Positions 9,746 through 18,649 of a stretch of DNA of 64,000 bases are shown here, in pieces. Each line of letters begins with the position of its first letter. Positions within the stretch are counted from its first letter, which is position 1. A program made the translations under genes and the position numbers. Origin of the DNA: Desulfobulbaceae bacterium (lineage in GTDB: Bacteria; Desulfobacterota; Desulfobulbia; Desulfobulbales; Desulfurivibrionaceae); NCBI GenBank assembly GCA_004332195.1, contig SJBG01000005.1, forward strand, positions 37,563 to 101,562. The letters are read 5' to 3'. The notes under the pieces were generated by a model, which saw only the letters and a list, made by a program, of their open reading frames with translations, ran no database searches and was not told the DNA's origin.

Positions 9746-10834
9746 TCAGGCATCTTGTCGCGAGAGAAAATAAAGGCCCAGGCCACCGGCACTAAAATGA
9801 ATCAGCCAGGAGGCCAACAACGGGGTTAGGTGGGCCGCAGCCGCCAGTGATTGACCGATGCTCCAAAGCCCCCAAACGGCAAAAGCCACGATGCAACTGA
9901 TCGGAATCGCCAGAGCCAGGTCGCGGCCCCGGCCTTGGTGCAGGGCGAGCAACAGCGGCATGCCAATCAGCAACAGCGGAAGACCCAGAAAGATATAGGA
10001 GATTTTCTGGTGCAGTGTAAGTCGGGCCTCGTGCCGCCGGGGGCTGGCGGTTTCGGCCAATGCCTGGGTCAAGAGCACGCTCAAGGGCCGTTCGGCCAGG
10101 GCGTGGGGCGCCAGGAAGAAGTCAGCCGGGTTATCCGCCAGCTTGATCTCTTTACGGCTAAACATGGTAGTCTGGTAATTCATTTCGGCCTCTGCCGTTC
10201 GCTGCTGAAGTTGGCCATCAAGCAGAGTCCAGGTCCCGGCCTCCCAGTGGGCCTCTGCCGCCGTAAGCAGTCGATCCAGGTTGAAATCCCGGTCCAGGGT
10301 GGCGAGAGAAAAACCTTGCAGGCCGCGGGCGATATCCTGGGGGCGGGCAAAGGAGTAGATGCCTTCGATTCCCCGATAGTAAATGCGGTCGCCCCGTTCG
10401 ATTCCTCGAGGGATCTGCTGGTTGACCTCTTGGTACCAGATACGATTGGTTTCCTTGATAGTCGGCGGCAATAACCACTGGCTGTTGATCAGGGCCAGGC
10501 CGGTAAAAAAAAAGGCGGCCAACAGCAGAGGACGAGCAATTCGTCTTACGCTCAAGCCCCCGGCTTTAAGGGCCATCAACTCGTGATGGCGATTAAGTAT
10601 TCCCAAGGTGATAATACCCGCCAACAGTAGACTAACCGGCATGAGTTGCTCAACGATCAAGGGGATCTTGAACAGCAGGTAATAGGCCGCCACCTTTACT
10701 CCCAGGCCAACTGCGGTAAAATTATCCACCCGTTCAAAGAAGTCAATCAGCAGGTAAATGGCCACCAAGGCCCCCATGACCAAGGCTAAATTGCGGCTAA
10801 ATTGTTGGATTAAATAGCGGTCGAGAATCTTCAT
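9746..10834 (-). CDS. lptG: LPS export ABC transporter permease LptG
   Basis: MKILDRYL...LIDFFERVD...HELMALKAGGLS; 3 TM + periplasmic domain + 3 TM; paired with lptF. Confidence 0.9.
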   Translation of the reverse strand: MKILDRYLIQQFSRNLALVMGALVAIYLLIDFFERVDNFTAVGLGVKVAAYYLLFKIPLIVEQLMPVSLLLAGIITLGILNRHHELMALKAGGLSVRRIARPLLLAAFFFTGLALINSQWLLPPTIKETNRIWYQEVNQQIPRGIERGDRIYYRGIEGIYSFARPQDIARGLQGFSLATLDRDFNLDRLLTAAEAHWEAGTWTLLDGQLQQRTAEAEMNYQTTMFSRKEIKLADNPADFFLAPHALAERPLSVLLTQALAETASPRRHEARLTLHQKISYIFLGLPLLLIGMPLLLALHQGRGRDLALAIPISCIVAFAVWGLWSIGQSLAAAAHLTPLLASWLIHFSAGGLGLYFLSRQDA

Positions 10835-12015
10835 GGGCTCGTCCCCGACCGCCAGGGCAGTCGCTGCTTAACCCCCTGGGTGACCGCGCTTATTCGCTCC
10901 AGCCAAGGCTGGTTCAATTCAAGGGCCGTGCGACGGGTCAGGTAAATGGTGAAAAAACCGAAGAGTAGGTTGGGGGCCCACATGGTCGGCAACAGGGGAA
11001 GCTGGCCGCTTTCAATATAAAACTTGGCGGCGGTGAGCAAAACATAATAGACGATAAAGGCCGCCAACCCTAAAGGAACTCCCAAAGCCTGACTGGACGT
11101 GCGGTTGAGCAGGGCTAGAGTTAGGCCTAAAATACCGAGGATAAAACAGCCCACCGGCAACACCAGTCGCTGATGGTATTCGATAAGCAGAGTCAAACGG
11201 TGGGGATGATCGGGGGCCAAACTAAGAGCGGCAGCCCGCAGTTCGGCCTGGGTCATGCTGTCTTTGTCACCCCGCTGACCAAAGGCCGGAGGAGGGACCA
11301 GGGGCAAATCAAGCAGGTAGCGTTTAAAGTGGATAGTTTGGGTCGTGGCCCCTACTGCCCGGTGCATGGTCCCATCGCTGAGATGCAACTGGATTCGACG
11401 CTCAGCAGAGTCAACACTGAGCCTGCCACTGCGGGCCACTACAATCACCGGGTTTTGGGGATCGCGCAGATCAGAGAGATACACCCCTCGCCAGGATTGA
11501 TCGCCTGGCGATACCTCTTGCACGTAAATAACCACATCTTTGAGCCCTTCACTGAAAGTCTGGGCCGGAATCCCCTGGTCGATTTTATTTTTGGCCAGTT
11601 GCCAGAAAAGCTGATCCATCGCTACCGTACCCTTGGGAATCAGGATGGTGGCGGTGGCATAGGTCAGCAGGGCCGCGACCAAGCTGAGCAGCAGCACCGG
11701 TGGCAGCATGCGGTAAAGGCCGATGCCGCCGGCTTTGAGGGCCATAATCTCATGATCGCCGCTCATTCGGGTAAAGGCGATAATCACCCCCATCATACAG
11801 GCCATTGGTAGTGAAAAAAGCAGCAGTTTGGGGGCGATATAGGCGCCAAATCGGATAAAATCCGCCCAGCCGATCCCAAAACCAAAAATAACCTCCAGCA
11901 GAGGAACCAGCCGCCCGAGAAAAAGAATGGCATTGATCACCAGCAGGGCGGCGAAGAAGGGCGCCAGCATTTCGGTGAGCAGATAAAGATAGAGCAGCAG
12001 CGGTATTTTTTTCAT
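10831..12015 (-). CDS. lptF: LPS export ABC transporter permease LptF
   Basis: LYLYLLTEML.PFF...RMSGDHEIMALKAGGI...IEYHQRLVLP...WAPN. Start placed at MKKIP (12015). Confidence 0.9.
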   Translation of the reverse strand: MKKIPLLLYLYLLTEMLAPFFAALLVINAILFLGRLVPLLEVIFGFGIGWADFIRFGAYIAPKLLLFSLPMACMMGVIIAFTRMSGDHEIMALKAGGIGLYRMLPPVLLLSLVAALLTYATATILIPKGTVAMDQLFWQLAKNKIDQGIPAQTFSEGLKDVVIYVQEVSPGDQSWRGVYLSDLRDPQNPVIVVARSGRLSVDSAERRIQLHLSDGTMHRAVGATTQTIHFKRYLLDLPLVPPPAFGQRGDKDSMTQAELRAAALSLAPDHPHRLTLLIEYHQRLVLPVGCFILGILGLTLALLNRTSSQALGVPLGLAAFIVYYVLLTAAKFYIESGQLPLLPTMWAPNLLFGFFTIYLTRRTALELNQPWLERISAVTQGVKQRLPWRSGTSP

Positions 12016-12068
12016 GTAATTACTTAATGCCTGAACGGAAAGCGCTAAACCCAAAGCCCAGTTTTGGC

Positions 12069-12953
12069 TTATCGACGGCGGGGTAATTTCCCGGGATGGC
12101 GGACTTTCCGTCGATTAAAAACCAGGACGACGAAATAAACGGCGGCGGCCACTAGAATTATGGTGGGCCCACTGGGCAGATCCTGAGTGAAGCTTAAGCT
12201 TAGGCCGACAACCACGAAGAGCAGACAACAAAAAGTGGCCCCCAGCATCATCTGCCCCAAAGTTCGGGAAAAAGTTCCAGCCACGGCGGCGGGCAGGGTT
12301 AAGAGCGCAATGACCATGATAATCCCCACCACTCGCATCAAGAGCACCACCGTTAAGGCGGTTAGACAAAGCAAGAGTAAATTATAAAAAGTGGTGTTCA
12401 GACCCTGCAATCGCGCGAATTCTTCATCGAAACAGACTGCCAGAAACTTGTGATAAAAGAGAATTACAACCCCTACCACCACCAGGTTCAAGCTCACCAC
12501 CCGCCAGATATCAGCGGGTGAAACCAGCAGGATATTACCAAAGAGATAACTCATCGGCTCGACGTAGCCCGGGGTTTTGGCAATAAAAATAAGGCCGATC
12601 GCCATGCCGCTGGCCCAAAGCGCCCCGATGACCGTGTCTTCCCGCTGTTTAGCGTAAATACTCACCAGACCGATGATCAGGGCCGCCAGCAGGGCTGAAA
12701 TCATGGCCCCATAGATGGGATCAAACCAAGTAAGTCCCACCTTGTGTTGAAGGTAGAGCCCAATCCCGATCCCGCCCAGCACACAGTGAGCGATAGCCCC
12801 AGCCAGATAGCTGATTCGTTTAACCACTACGTAGGTGCCGACTATACCGAAGGCGACAGAGGCCAGGATCCCGACCAGAAAGGCCTGGCGAAAAAAGGGG
12901 ATGTCCGGTCGAAGCAATGCCTCAATCAACTCAAAAAACGGCAGTTCAAGCAC
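12069..12953 (-). CDS. znuB: Zn/Mn ABC transporter permease
   Basis: GAIAHCVLGG, DTVIGALWASGMAIG, MSYLFGNIL, VGIIMVIALLTLPA. Probable GTG start at 12953; the ORF stays open to 13037 through a tandem repeat. Confidence 0.9.
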   Translation of the reverse strand: MLELPFFELIEALLRPDIPFFRQAFLVGILASVAFGIVGTYVVVKRISYLAGAIAHCVLGGIGIGLYLQHKVGLTWFDPIYGAMISALLAALIIGLVSIYAKQREDTVIGALWASGMAIGLIFIAKTPGYVEPMSYLFGNILLVSPADIWRVVSLNLVVVGVVILFYHKFLAVCFDEEFARLQGLNTTFYNLLLLCLTALTVVLLMRVVGIIMVIALLTLPAAVAGTFSRTLGQMMLGATFCCLLFVVVGLSLSFTQDLPSGPTIILVAAAVYFVVLVFNRRKVRHPGKLPRRR

Positions 12954-13758
12954 GATCACTTGCCCCGATACGATCACTTGCCCCGGCACGATCACTTGCC
13001 CCGGTGGGACACGAATTGCCGACACAACTATGGTCATGGCGGATCATCGCCACCTCACCGCCGTACAATTCCTGAATTATTTGGCCGTTAAGTTCGGAAA
13101 CCGGATGGGTGGCCACCCGGCGGTTGACACAGACAACCCGCCTAAAAAAAGTGGAGGCGAAACCGACATCGTGGGTAACTACGATGATGGTCCGGGTGCG
13201 ATTTAACTCCAGCAACAGGTTAAAAAGGTCATATTCCGAGGTGATGTCGATATTGGCGGTGGGCTCGTCGAGGATGAGGATTTCAGCCTCACTGGCCAGG
13301 GCCCGAGCGATCATCACCCGTTGGCGTTGGCCGCCGGAGATGGCGCCGAGAAGCCGGTCCGCCAGGAAGTCGAGTTTCATCAGGGCCAGGGCCTTGCGGG
13401 CCGCCAAGCGATCGGCGGCATGATACCAGCCTAAGGATTGACGGCCGATTCGGCCCATCAGAACCACATCCAGGACTGTTACCGGGAAAAGTGAGTCGTA
13501 ATGAGCGTGCTGGGGAACATAACCCAAACGCAGGCGGACATCCTTCGGTCGACGGCCCAACACCTCGATTTCACCCCGGTCAGGAGTCAGCAAACCTAGA
13601 ATCAGTTTTAGCAAAGTGGTTTTGCCGCCGCCATTGGGGCCAATCAGGCAAACAGATTCCAGGTGGTCTATCTGCAGGTTAACCTCTTCCAAGATCGGGG
13701 TTTGTTCGTAGGCAAAATCCAGATCACGGATCAGAATAACGGGCTCGCTGGAACTCAT
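12946..13758 (-). CDS. znuC: Zn/Mn ABC transporter ATP-binding protein
   Basis: GPNGGGKT Walker A, ISGGQRQ signature, LILDEP, VTHD. Confidence 0.93.
   Translation of the reverse strand: MSSSEPVILIRDLDFAYEQTPILEEVNLQIDHLESVCLIGPNGGGKTTLLKLILGLLTPDRGEIEVLGRRPKDVRLRLGYVPQHAHYDSLFPVTVLDVVLMGRIGRQSLGWYHAADRLAARKALALMKLDFLADRLLGAISGGQRQRVMIARALASEAEILILDEPTANIDITSEYDLFNLLLELNRTRTIIVVTHDVGFASTFFRRVVCVNRRVATHPVSELNGQIIQELYGGEVAMIRHDHSCVGNSCPTGASDRAGASDRIGASDRA
12951..13004. repeat. 18-bp tandem repeat x3 at the znuC/znuB junction
   Basis: cacgatcacttgccccga / tacgatcacttgccccgg / cacgatcacttgccccgg. Confidence 0.92.
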
Positions 13759-14723
13759 TGATTATCGGTCAGGGCGGCGCTGATGCGGATTGCCATTTCC
13801 TCAAGATTACCCAACACATCAGCCGCCAGGGGGTCAAGGTGAACCACCGTGCCGTTGATGGCGCGGGCTATCGCGGCGGCGCTGCGTTGGTCAAACTGAG
13901 GCTGGACAAAGATAACCCGCACTCCGTCGCGACGGGCGTCTTCGATTAAGCGGGTCAGTTGGCGCGGAGTCGGGGTTCTACCGCTGATCTCTATGGCCCG
14001 TTGATAAAGTCCGTAGGCGTCGGCAAAATAACCAAAAGCGGGGTGATAAACAAAAAAAGTCTGGCCGGCAAAAGGAGCCAGTAGTTTGCTGATTCTGGCA
14101 TGCATCGCCATGATTTCGGTCTGCAACTGCTGATGGTTGCGCCGATATTCGGCAACGTTGGCGGGATCGGCAGCACTCAACGCCGCCAGGATTCGGTCGC
14201 TGATGATCATAAGCTGAGGGGGGCCAAGCCAGATATGAGGGTCAAGTTCACCGTGATGGTGATAAGCGGTTGTCGGTTTATGGTGCTGATGGTCATGGTC
14301 ATGACGCTCATGGCGCCGATAATTATGGTCATGGCGGTGATCGGGCATCGGTAGTTTGGTGATGCCTTCTCCCACCTCGATGATCTTGAAGGGGGGGTTA
14401 CCCTGACCGGAAATTTTTGCCAGCAAGGTCCGTTCAAAGGGCATATCCAGAGAAAAATAGATGGCGGCCCGATGCAGATTGGCAATCTGACTCGGGCTAG
14501 GCTCAAAGGTATGGGGATTTTGGCCCGGCGGAATCAGCGTAACAACCCTGACTCGTTCGCCACCGATCTCCTCCACCAGACGGGAAAGCGGGGCGATTGA
14601 GGTAACGGCCTCAATCGTCGTAATCGGTTGGGCGATGGCCTCCGAGAGGACAAGGGAAGGAAAGAAAAACAGGCAACAGATCAACAGACGAACGGGCAAG
14701 AAAGAGCTGGGTGAAAATTTCAT
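13755..14723 (-). CDS. znuA: Zn ABC transporter periplasmic binding protein with His-rich loop
   Basis: Signal peptide, NPHTFEP, DPHIWL, VYHPAFGYF, His-rich segment DHRHDH...HDHDHQHH...HHH. Confidence 0.92.
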   Translation of the reverse strand: MKFSPSSFLPVRLLICCLFFFPSLVLSEAIAQPITTIEAVTSIAPLSRLVEEIGGERVRVVTLIPPGQNPHTFEPSPSQIANLHRAAIYFSLDMPFERTLLAKISGQGNPPFKIIEVGEGITKLPMPDHRHDHNYRRHERHDHDHQHHKPTTAYHHHGELDPHIWLGPPQLMIISDRILAALSAADPANVAEYRRNHQQLQTEIMAMHARISKLLAPFAGQTFFVYHPAFGYFADAYGLYQRAIEISGRTPTPRQLTRLIEDARRDGVRVIFVQPQFDQRSAAAIARAINGTVVHLDPLAADVLGNLEEMAIRISAALTDNQ

Positions 14724-14904
14724 GGCAACAACATCCTCCTCAATATCAAAGGTTGACAGCGGTGGTTGACGGATGGTAACGGACTTCCTGACCTTGGATT
14801 TAACCATTTCACCGAGGATTGCGCAAGAAGGCTTGAGAAAGAAGGTTTTACTTCCAGGCGATATAGAGTAGAATCAGCAAAATAGGACTTGCATACCACC
14901 GCCA

Positions 14905-14921
14905 ACGTTACTAAGCAACGT
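14905..14921. promoter_or_regulatory. Candidate Zur/Fur-family operator (7-3-7 inverted repeat)
   Basis: ACGTTAC-TAA-GCAACGT, one mismatch from a perfect palindrome, between divergent znuA and tatA. Identity of the regulator is inferred. Confidence 0.35.
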
Positions 14922-14984
14922 GTGGTTGCGACGGCTTAACAAGCACACAACAATTATGGACACACAACAACAAGGAGAAACGTC

Positions 14985-15221
14985 ATGTTTGGTCTAGGGA
15001 TGCCGGAGTTGATCGTGATCTTGGTCATCGCATTTCTGATTTTTGGCGGCAGGAAGCTTCCGGAAATTGGTTCGGGTTTGGGTAAAGCCATCAGCTCCTT
15101 TAAGAAGGGAGTGCGTGAGGTCGAGGATGGAAGTGGGGTAAGTGAAATCAAGGCCATCAAGGACGACGTCAAGGAGGAAATTGACAAGGTCAAGGATCTC
15201 GGCAAGGTCGTCAACAAGTAA
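14985..15221 (+). CDS. tatA: Twin-arginine translocase TatA
   Basis: [42 protein letters not shown]; RBS AAGGAG upstream. Confidence 0.95.
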   Translation: MFGLGMPELIVILVIAFLIFGGRKLPEIGSGLGKAISSFKKGVREVEDGSGVSEIKAIKDDVKEEIDKVKDLGKVVNK

Positions 15222-15282
15222 TAATGTTCATCTTTTTCGCGTTACTTGTCGAGCAGAGGTCGGCCCTCGATTGTTGCGCTTC

Positions 15283-16566
15283 TCAGTCATCAAAATCGCC
15301 AGCCGGTCCTTTGTCACTGTCCAGGGTCGCGGCCCGTTGGACAATTTTTTCGCCAGTCCAGTCGGTCGGGTTCTCCAATCGTTCCCCTTTGGCGCCAAGA
15401 TCATGACTACCCTGCCGCAGGATTGCCGCCACCGCCAGCTCGGCGGTATCCTTAGCGTTAAAAACTTCGGTCAACAGGTGGTAAACAAAATCGTCCACTC
15501 TTTTACTCATCCGTTGCCGAATCGCCAGGGGTTGACCCAGTAATCGGTTTTCAAAAGGCAGGTTGAGATTTTTGTAATTACCCGCCTGCCAGCCTTGCGC
15601 CGCGGCATAGCCTTTCATCTCCTCCCAGATGGCATCAGTGACTCCTTCGTTTTTTATCTTGACCAAACGTCCCTCGCTATCCAGTTTAGCATTGCCATAA
15701 TCATTGATATCAACCCCCCAAGCCACCATTTGCAAGGCGGTGGCGACGTTGGCCTTGGTAGTCCGGGTTTGTTGAGCAATGGCCTGCAGTTTTTTCTTTG
15801 AGTTGCCGGAGGTGCCATGCTGGGCCCCGGAAATCTGATAGGGGGCCAGGCGATCATGGATTTTGCGGGTCAGTTCCACGTCGATCCCGGTACCACTGGC
15901 CTCAATTCCGTGAGTGGTACCGTTGTTGAGCGCAATCCAATCCGGGAAAATGTTGTGGGCGTTCAGGCCCTGAATCAAAAACAAGGCCTCATCGACGGTG
16001 GAAAGTCCGCTGGTTCCTTTGATTTCCCCCACCTCTGTTTCGTAACCGGCCCAGGTTGGCACCATTTGGCTTAAAGAAAGGTTGGTCAATAGGTTTTTAT
16101 CGTCGGACAGATGAGAGGCGTCGATGGCTATGGAGGTGATACCGGCCTCAAACATGGTGGGGATTTCCACCTTGGCCAAGTCGATATCACCATCCTTCTT
16201 GATCACGTAGTGGTCGGCGTGGATGGCCACCGGGATGCTGATTCCCAATTCATTCATCGCCGCGTCCACCATGGTGGCCATGTTCCAGTAATTGATCGGA
16301 CAATAGGCCTTAGCCCCCCCTTCGGAACGGGCGATTTCGATGATAATCGCGGCATTGGCTCGCTGGGCGGCGCTCAGCGCCCCACGAATGATGAAACTGT
16401 TGCGGGCGTTAGCCGCGATCGTCATACAGCGCCCCTTGCGCAGCATAGCCCGGTCGATCACCTTGCCACTGACAATCAGGGCTCGAGAGTTGGGGAAAAG
16501 CCCGGTGATATTGGGGGGACGGCCCAGCGTCAGCGCCCGGTCAAAATCGGCCTTGACAACAGTCAT
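15283..16566 (-). CDS. fba: Class II fructose-bisphosphate aldolase (long form)
   Basis: IAANARN, IHADH, IAIDASH, ETEVGEI, ALNNGTTHG, AQHGTSG, KANVATALQ. Confidence 0.88.
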   Translation of the reverse strand: MTVVKADFDRALTLGRPPNITGLFPNSRALIVSGKVIDRAMLRKGRCMTIAANARNSFIIRGALSAAQRANAAIIIEIARSEGGAKAYCPINYWNMATMVDAAMNELGISIPVAIHADHYVIKKDGDIDLAKVEIPTMFEAGITSIAIDASHLSDDKNLLTNLSLSQMVPTWAGYETEVGEIKGTSGLSTVDEALFLIQGLNAHNIFPDWIALNNGTTHGIEASGTGIDVELTRKIHDRLAPYQISGAQHGTSGNSKKKLQAIAQQTRTTKANVATALQMVAWGVDINDYGNAKLDSEGRLVKIKNEGVTDAIWEEMKGYAAAQGWQAGNYKNLNLPFENRLLGQPLAIRQRMSKRVDDFVYHLLTEVFNAKDTAELAVAAILRQGSHDLGAKGERLENPTDWTGEKIVQRAATLDSDKGPAGDFDD

Positions 16567-16721
16567 GGGGAACCCTCCTTGGAGTAAAAATTAGCAACAA
16601 TAATGAGTGGAGTTGAACTTAAAACTTTGAGCAAAGAATAACGACACAAAGCGGACAACGCAAGAAAATGAGTGCGCCCTAAGGGGGGTGACGGATCGGC
16701 CATGCTGCTTAGTCTGGCGTC

Positions 16722-16754
16722 AAAAAAAGCCCCGCACGGAAGGTGCGGGGCTTT
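16722..16754 (-). terminator. Intrinsic terminator of the csp gene
   Basis: AAAGCCCCGCAC-GGAAG-GTGCGGGGCTTT preceded by an A-run, which is the U-tract on the minus strand. Confidence 0.85.
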
Positions 16755-16776
16755 GCGTGATTCAGACGGAAAAAAT

Positions 16777-16977
16777 TTAGAGCTGACGGACGTTGCTGGC
16801 CGCCGGACCCTTGGGGCCGTCAACAATTTCGAATTCGACCCGTGCCCCCTCCTGCAAAGATTTAAAACCTTGGCCCACAATCGCAGAATGATGAACAAAA
16901 ACATCATTGCCGCCATCTTGAGCGATAAAGCCGAAACCCTTTGCGTCATTAAACCACTTTACTGTACCTTCTACCAT
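16777..16977 (-). CDS. cspA: Cold-shock protein
   Basis: [34 protein letters not shown]. Confidence 0.96.
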   Translation of the reverse strand: MVEGTVKWFNDAKGFGFIAQDGGNDVFVHHSAIVGQGFKSLQEGARVEFEIVDGPKGPAASNVRQL

Positions 16978-17262
16978 GATCTACTACTCCTCCACTGGAC
17001 GCGGCCCATTGGACCACTTGATAAGTTCGCCGGGAGGCCTTCTAGCAAAACAACCGGAAGACGACCAAGCCTGCCGTCTGCTTGCGTGGACGAAAGACAC
17101 CGCACCCATAAAGCCAGCGCGATTAAATCCTGCAAATCCGGAGCAACGACGACATCTGAAAGAAACACGTAGCTCAACGTATCATGCGGTTTTTGATAAT
17201 GCAAGAAAAAAAGAATAAAAAAAACGTTACTCGTTTTTGGCGTTTTGTTTAAGTTGAGTTAA

Positions 17263-17403
17263 GGCTATCTTGAAAAATTAGCTATTTTGTTCGAGTTTAC
17301 GGCCTGCGAAAAAAATTACCGCAGGCATATGGTTGATATTCCGAGGATAATTTTTTGAGCATAACGCAGAAATCGGGCGAAAGAGCAATTTTTCAAGGTG
17401 GCC
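17263..17403 (+). mobile_element. MITE copy 1 (141 bp, TSD TTAA)
   Basis: GGCTATCTTGAAAAATT...AATTTTTCAAGGTGGCC, flanked by TTAA on both sides. Confidence 0.92.
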
Positions 17404-17588
17404 TTAAGTTGATTTGATCTGGGGTTAGTCGGATTAGGCTTGGGTTAGGCTTGGCAATAAACCGACGTTTTCCCTTGACGAGGAAGGCGACACCCACTAC
17501 CCCCAACTCGGCCATTTCAAATGTTCATTACCGTCCCTTCAGCCGGGGTATTCACCCCAAAGTAAATCAGTACAAAGGAGGAAAACGT

Positions 17589-18512
17589 ATGTCCGTGTAT
17601 GTCGTAGGTCACTCCAGTCCCGATACCGATTCCGTCGCTGGCGCCATCGCCTTTGCCCATTACCTGAAGGCCACCGGCACCGAGGCCATTCCCACGGTCC
17701 AGTCCGACAAACTCAACCCCGAGAGCAAGCTGGTTCTGGAAAAATTCGGCCTGTCCCAGCCGGAACTGCTCAACGATGCCGCCGGTAAAGATTTGGCCTT
17801 GGTAGATTTCAGCGATATCGCCCAGGCCCCGGCCAACATTAAAGACGCCAACGTGGTAGCCATTGTCGATCACCACAAAATCGGCGACATCACCACCAAC
17901 AGCCCGATCTTTTTTTATGCCAAGCCGGTGGGCTGTGCCTGCACCGTGCTCAACGAGATGTACAAGAACAGCAAGATTGATCTACCCAAAAACATCGCTG
18001 GGGCCATGCTCTGCGCGATTCTCAGCGACACCGTCAACTTTAAGTCCCCGACCTGCACTGACGAAGACAAGGCGGCAGTCGAAGATCTGAAGGTCACCTC
18101 CGGGATCAGCGACACCGACGGAGTCTTTATGGAAATGCTCAAGGCCAAGTCATCCATCGCCGGGGTACCAATTAAGGACTTAATCTTCCGCGATTACAAA
18201 GATTTCGACATGGGTGGCAAGAAAATCGGGATCTGCCAGCTCGAGCTGGCCACCCTCGATCAAGTGGCCTCGATTCGGGCTGAACTGATCCAGGGTCTGG
18301 AAGCGGTTAAGGCCGAGGGTCGGCACTCCCTGATCATGATGCTTACCGACGTGGTTAAAGAAGGCTCTGATTTGCTGGTGCTCTCCGATGAGCCGGCGAT
18401 CATTGAAAAGGCCTTTAACGGCAAGATCAGCAATAAGTCCATGTGGATTGACGGCATGATGAGCCGCAAAAAACAAACCATCCCCCCCCTGTTGCGGGCT
18501 TTCGGCGCTTAA
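17589..18512 (+). CDS. ppaC: Manganese-dependent inorganic pyrophosphatase (family II, DHH)
   Basis: VGHSSPDTDS, LVDFS, IVDHH, ILSDT, RDYKDF, MMSRKKQ; RBS AAGGAGG before the ATG at 17589. Confidence 0.95.
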   Translation: MSVYVVGHSSPDTDSVAGAIAFAHYLKATGTEAIPTVQSDKLNPESKLVLEKFGLSQPELLNDAAGKDLALVDFSDIAQAPANIKDANVVAIVDHHKIGDITTNSPIFFYAKPVGCACTVLNEMYKNSKIDLPKNIAGAMLCAILSDTVNFKSPTCTDEDKAAVEDLKVTSGISDTDGVFMEMLKAKSSIAGVPIKDLIFRDYKDFDMGGKKIGICQLELATLDQVASIRAELIQGLEAVKAEGRHSLIMMLTDVVKEGSDLLVLSDEPAIIEKAFNGKISNKSMWIDGMMSRKKQTIPPLLRAFGA

Positions 18513-18556
18513 AGAAAATCGCAGGCCATTTAGCCACAAAGAAAAGAGGGAAAAAG

Positions 18557-18603
18557 AAAAAGGAAGAAACCGTGGCACTCAGCCCGGCTTTCTTCCTTTT
18601 TTT
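18557..18603. terminator. Likely bidirectional terminator between convergent ppaC and clpB
   Basis: AAAAAGGAAGAAA...TTTCTTCCTTTTT inverted repeat with A and T tails. Confidence 0.65.
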
Positions 18604-18649
18604 TGAATTTTGCATCTAATGAGAATGACGTCCGCAGCTCCGCGATAAA

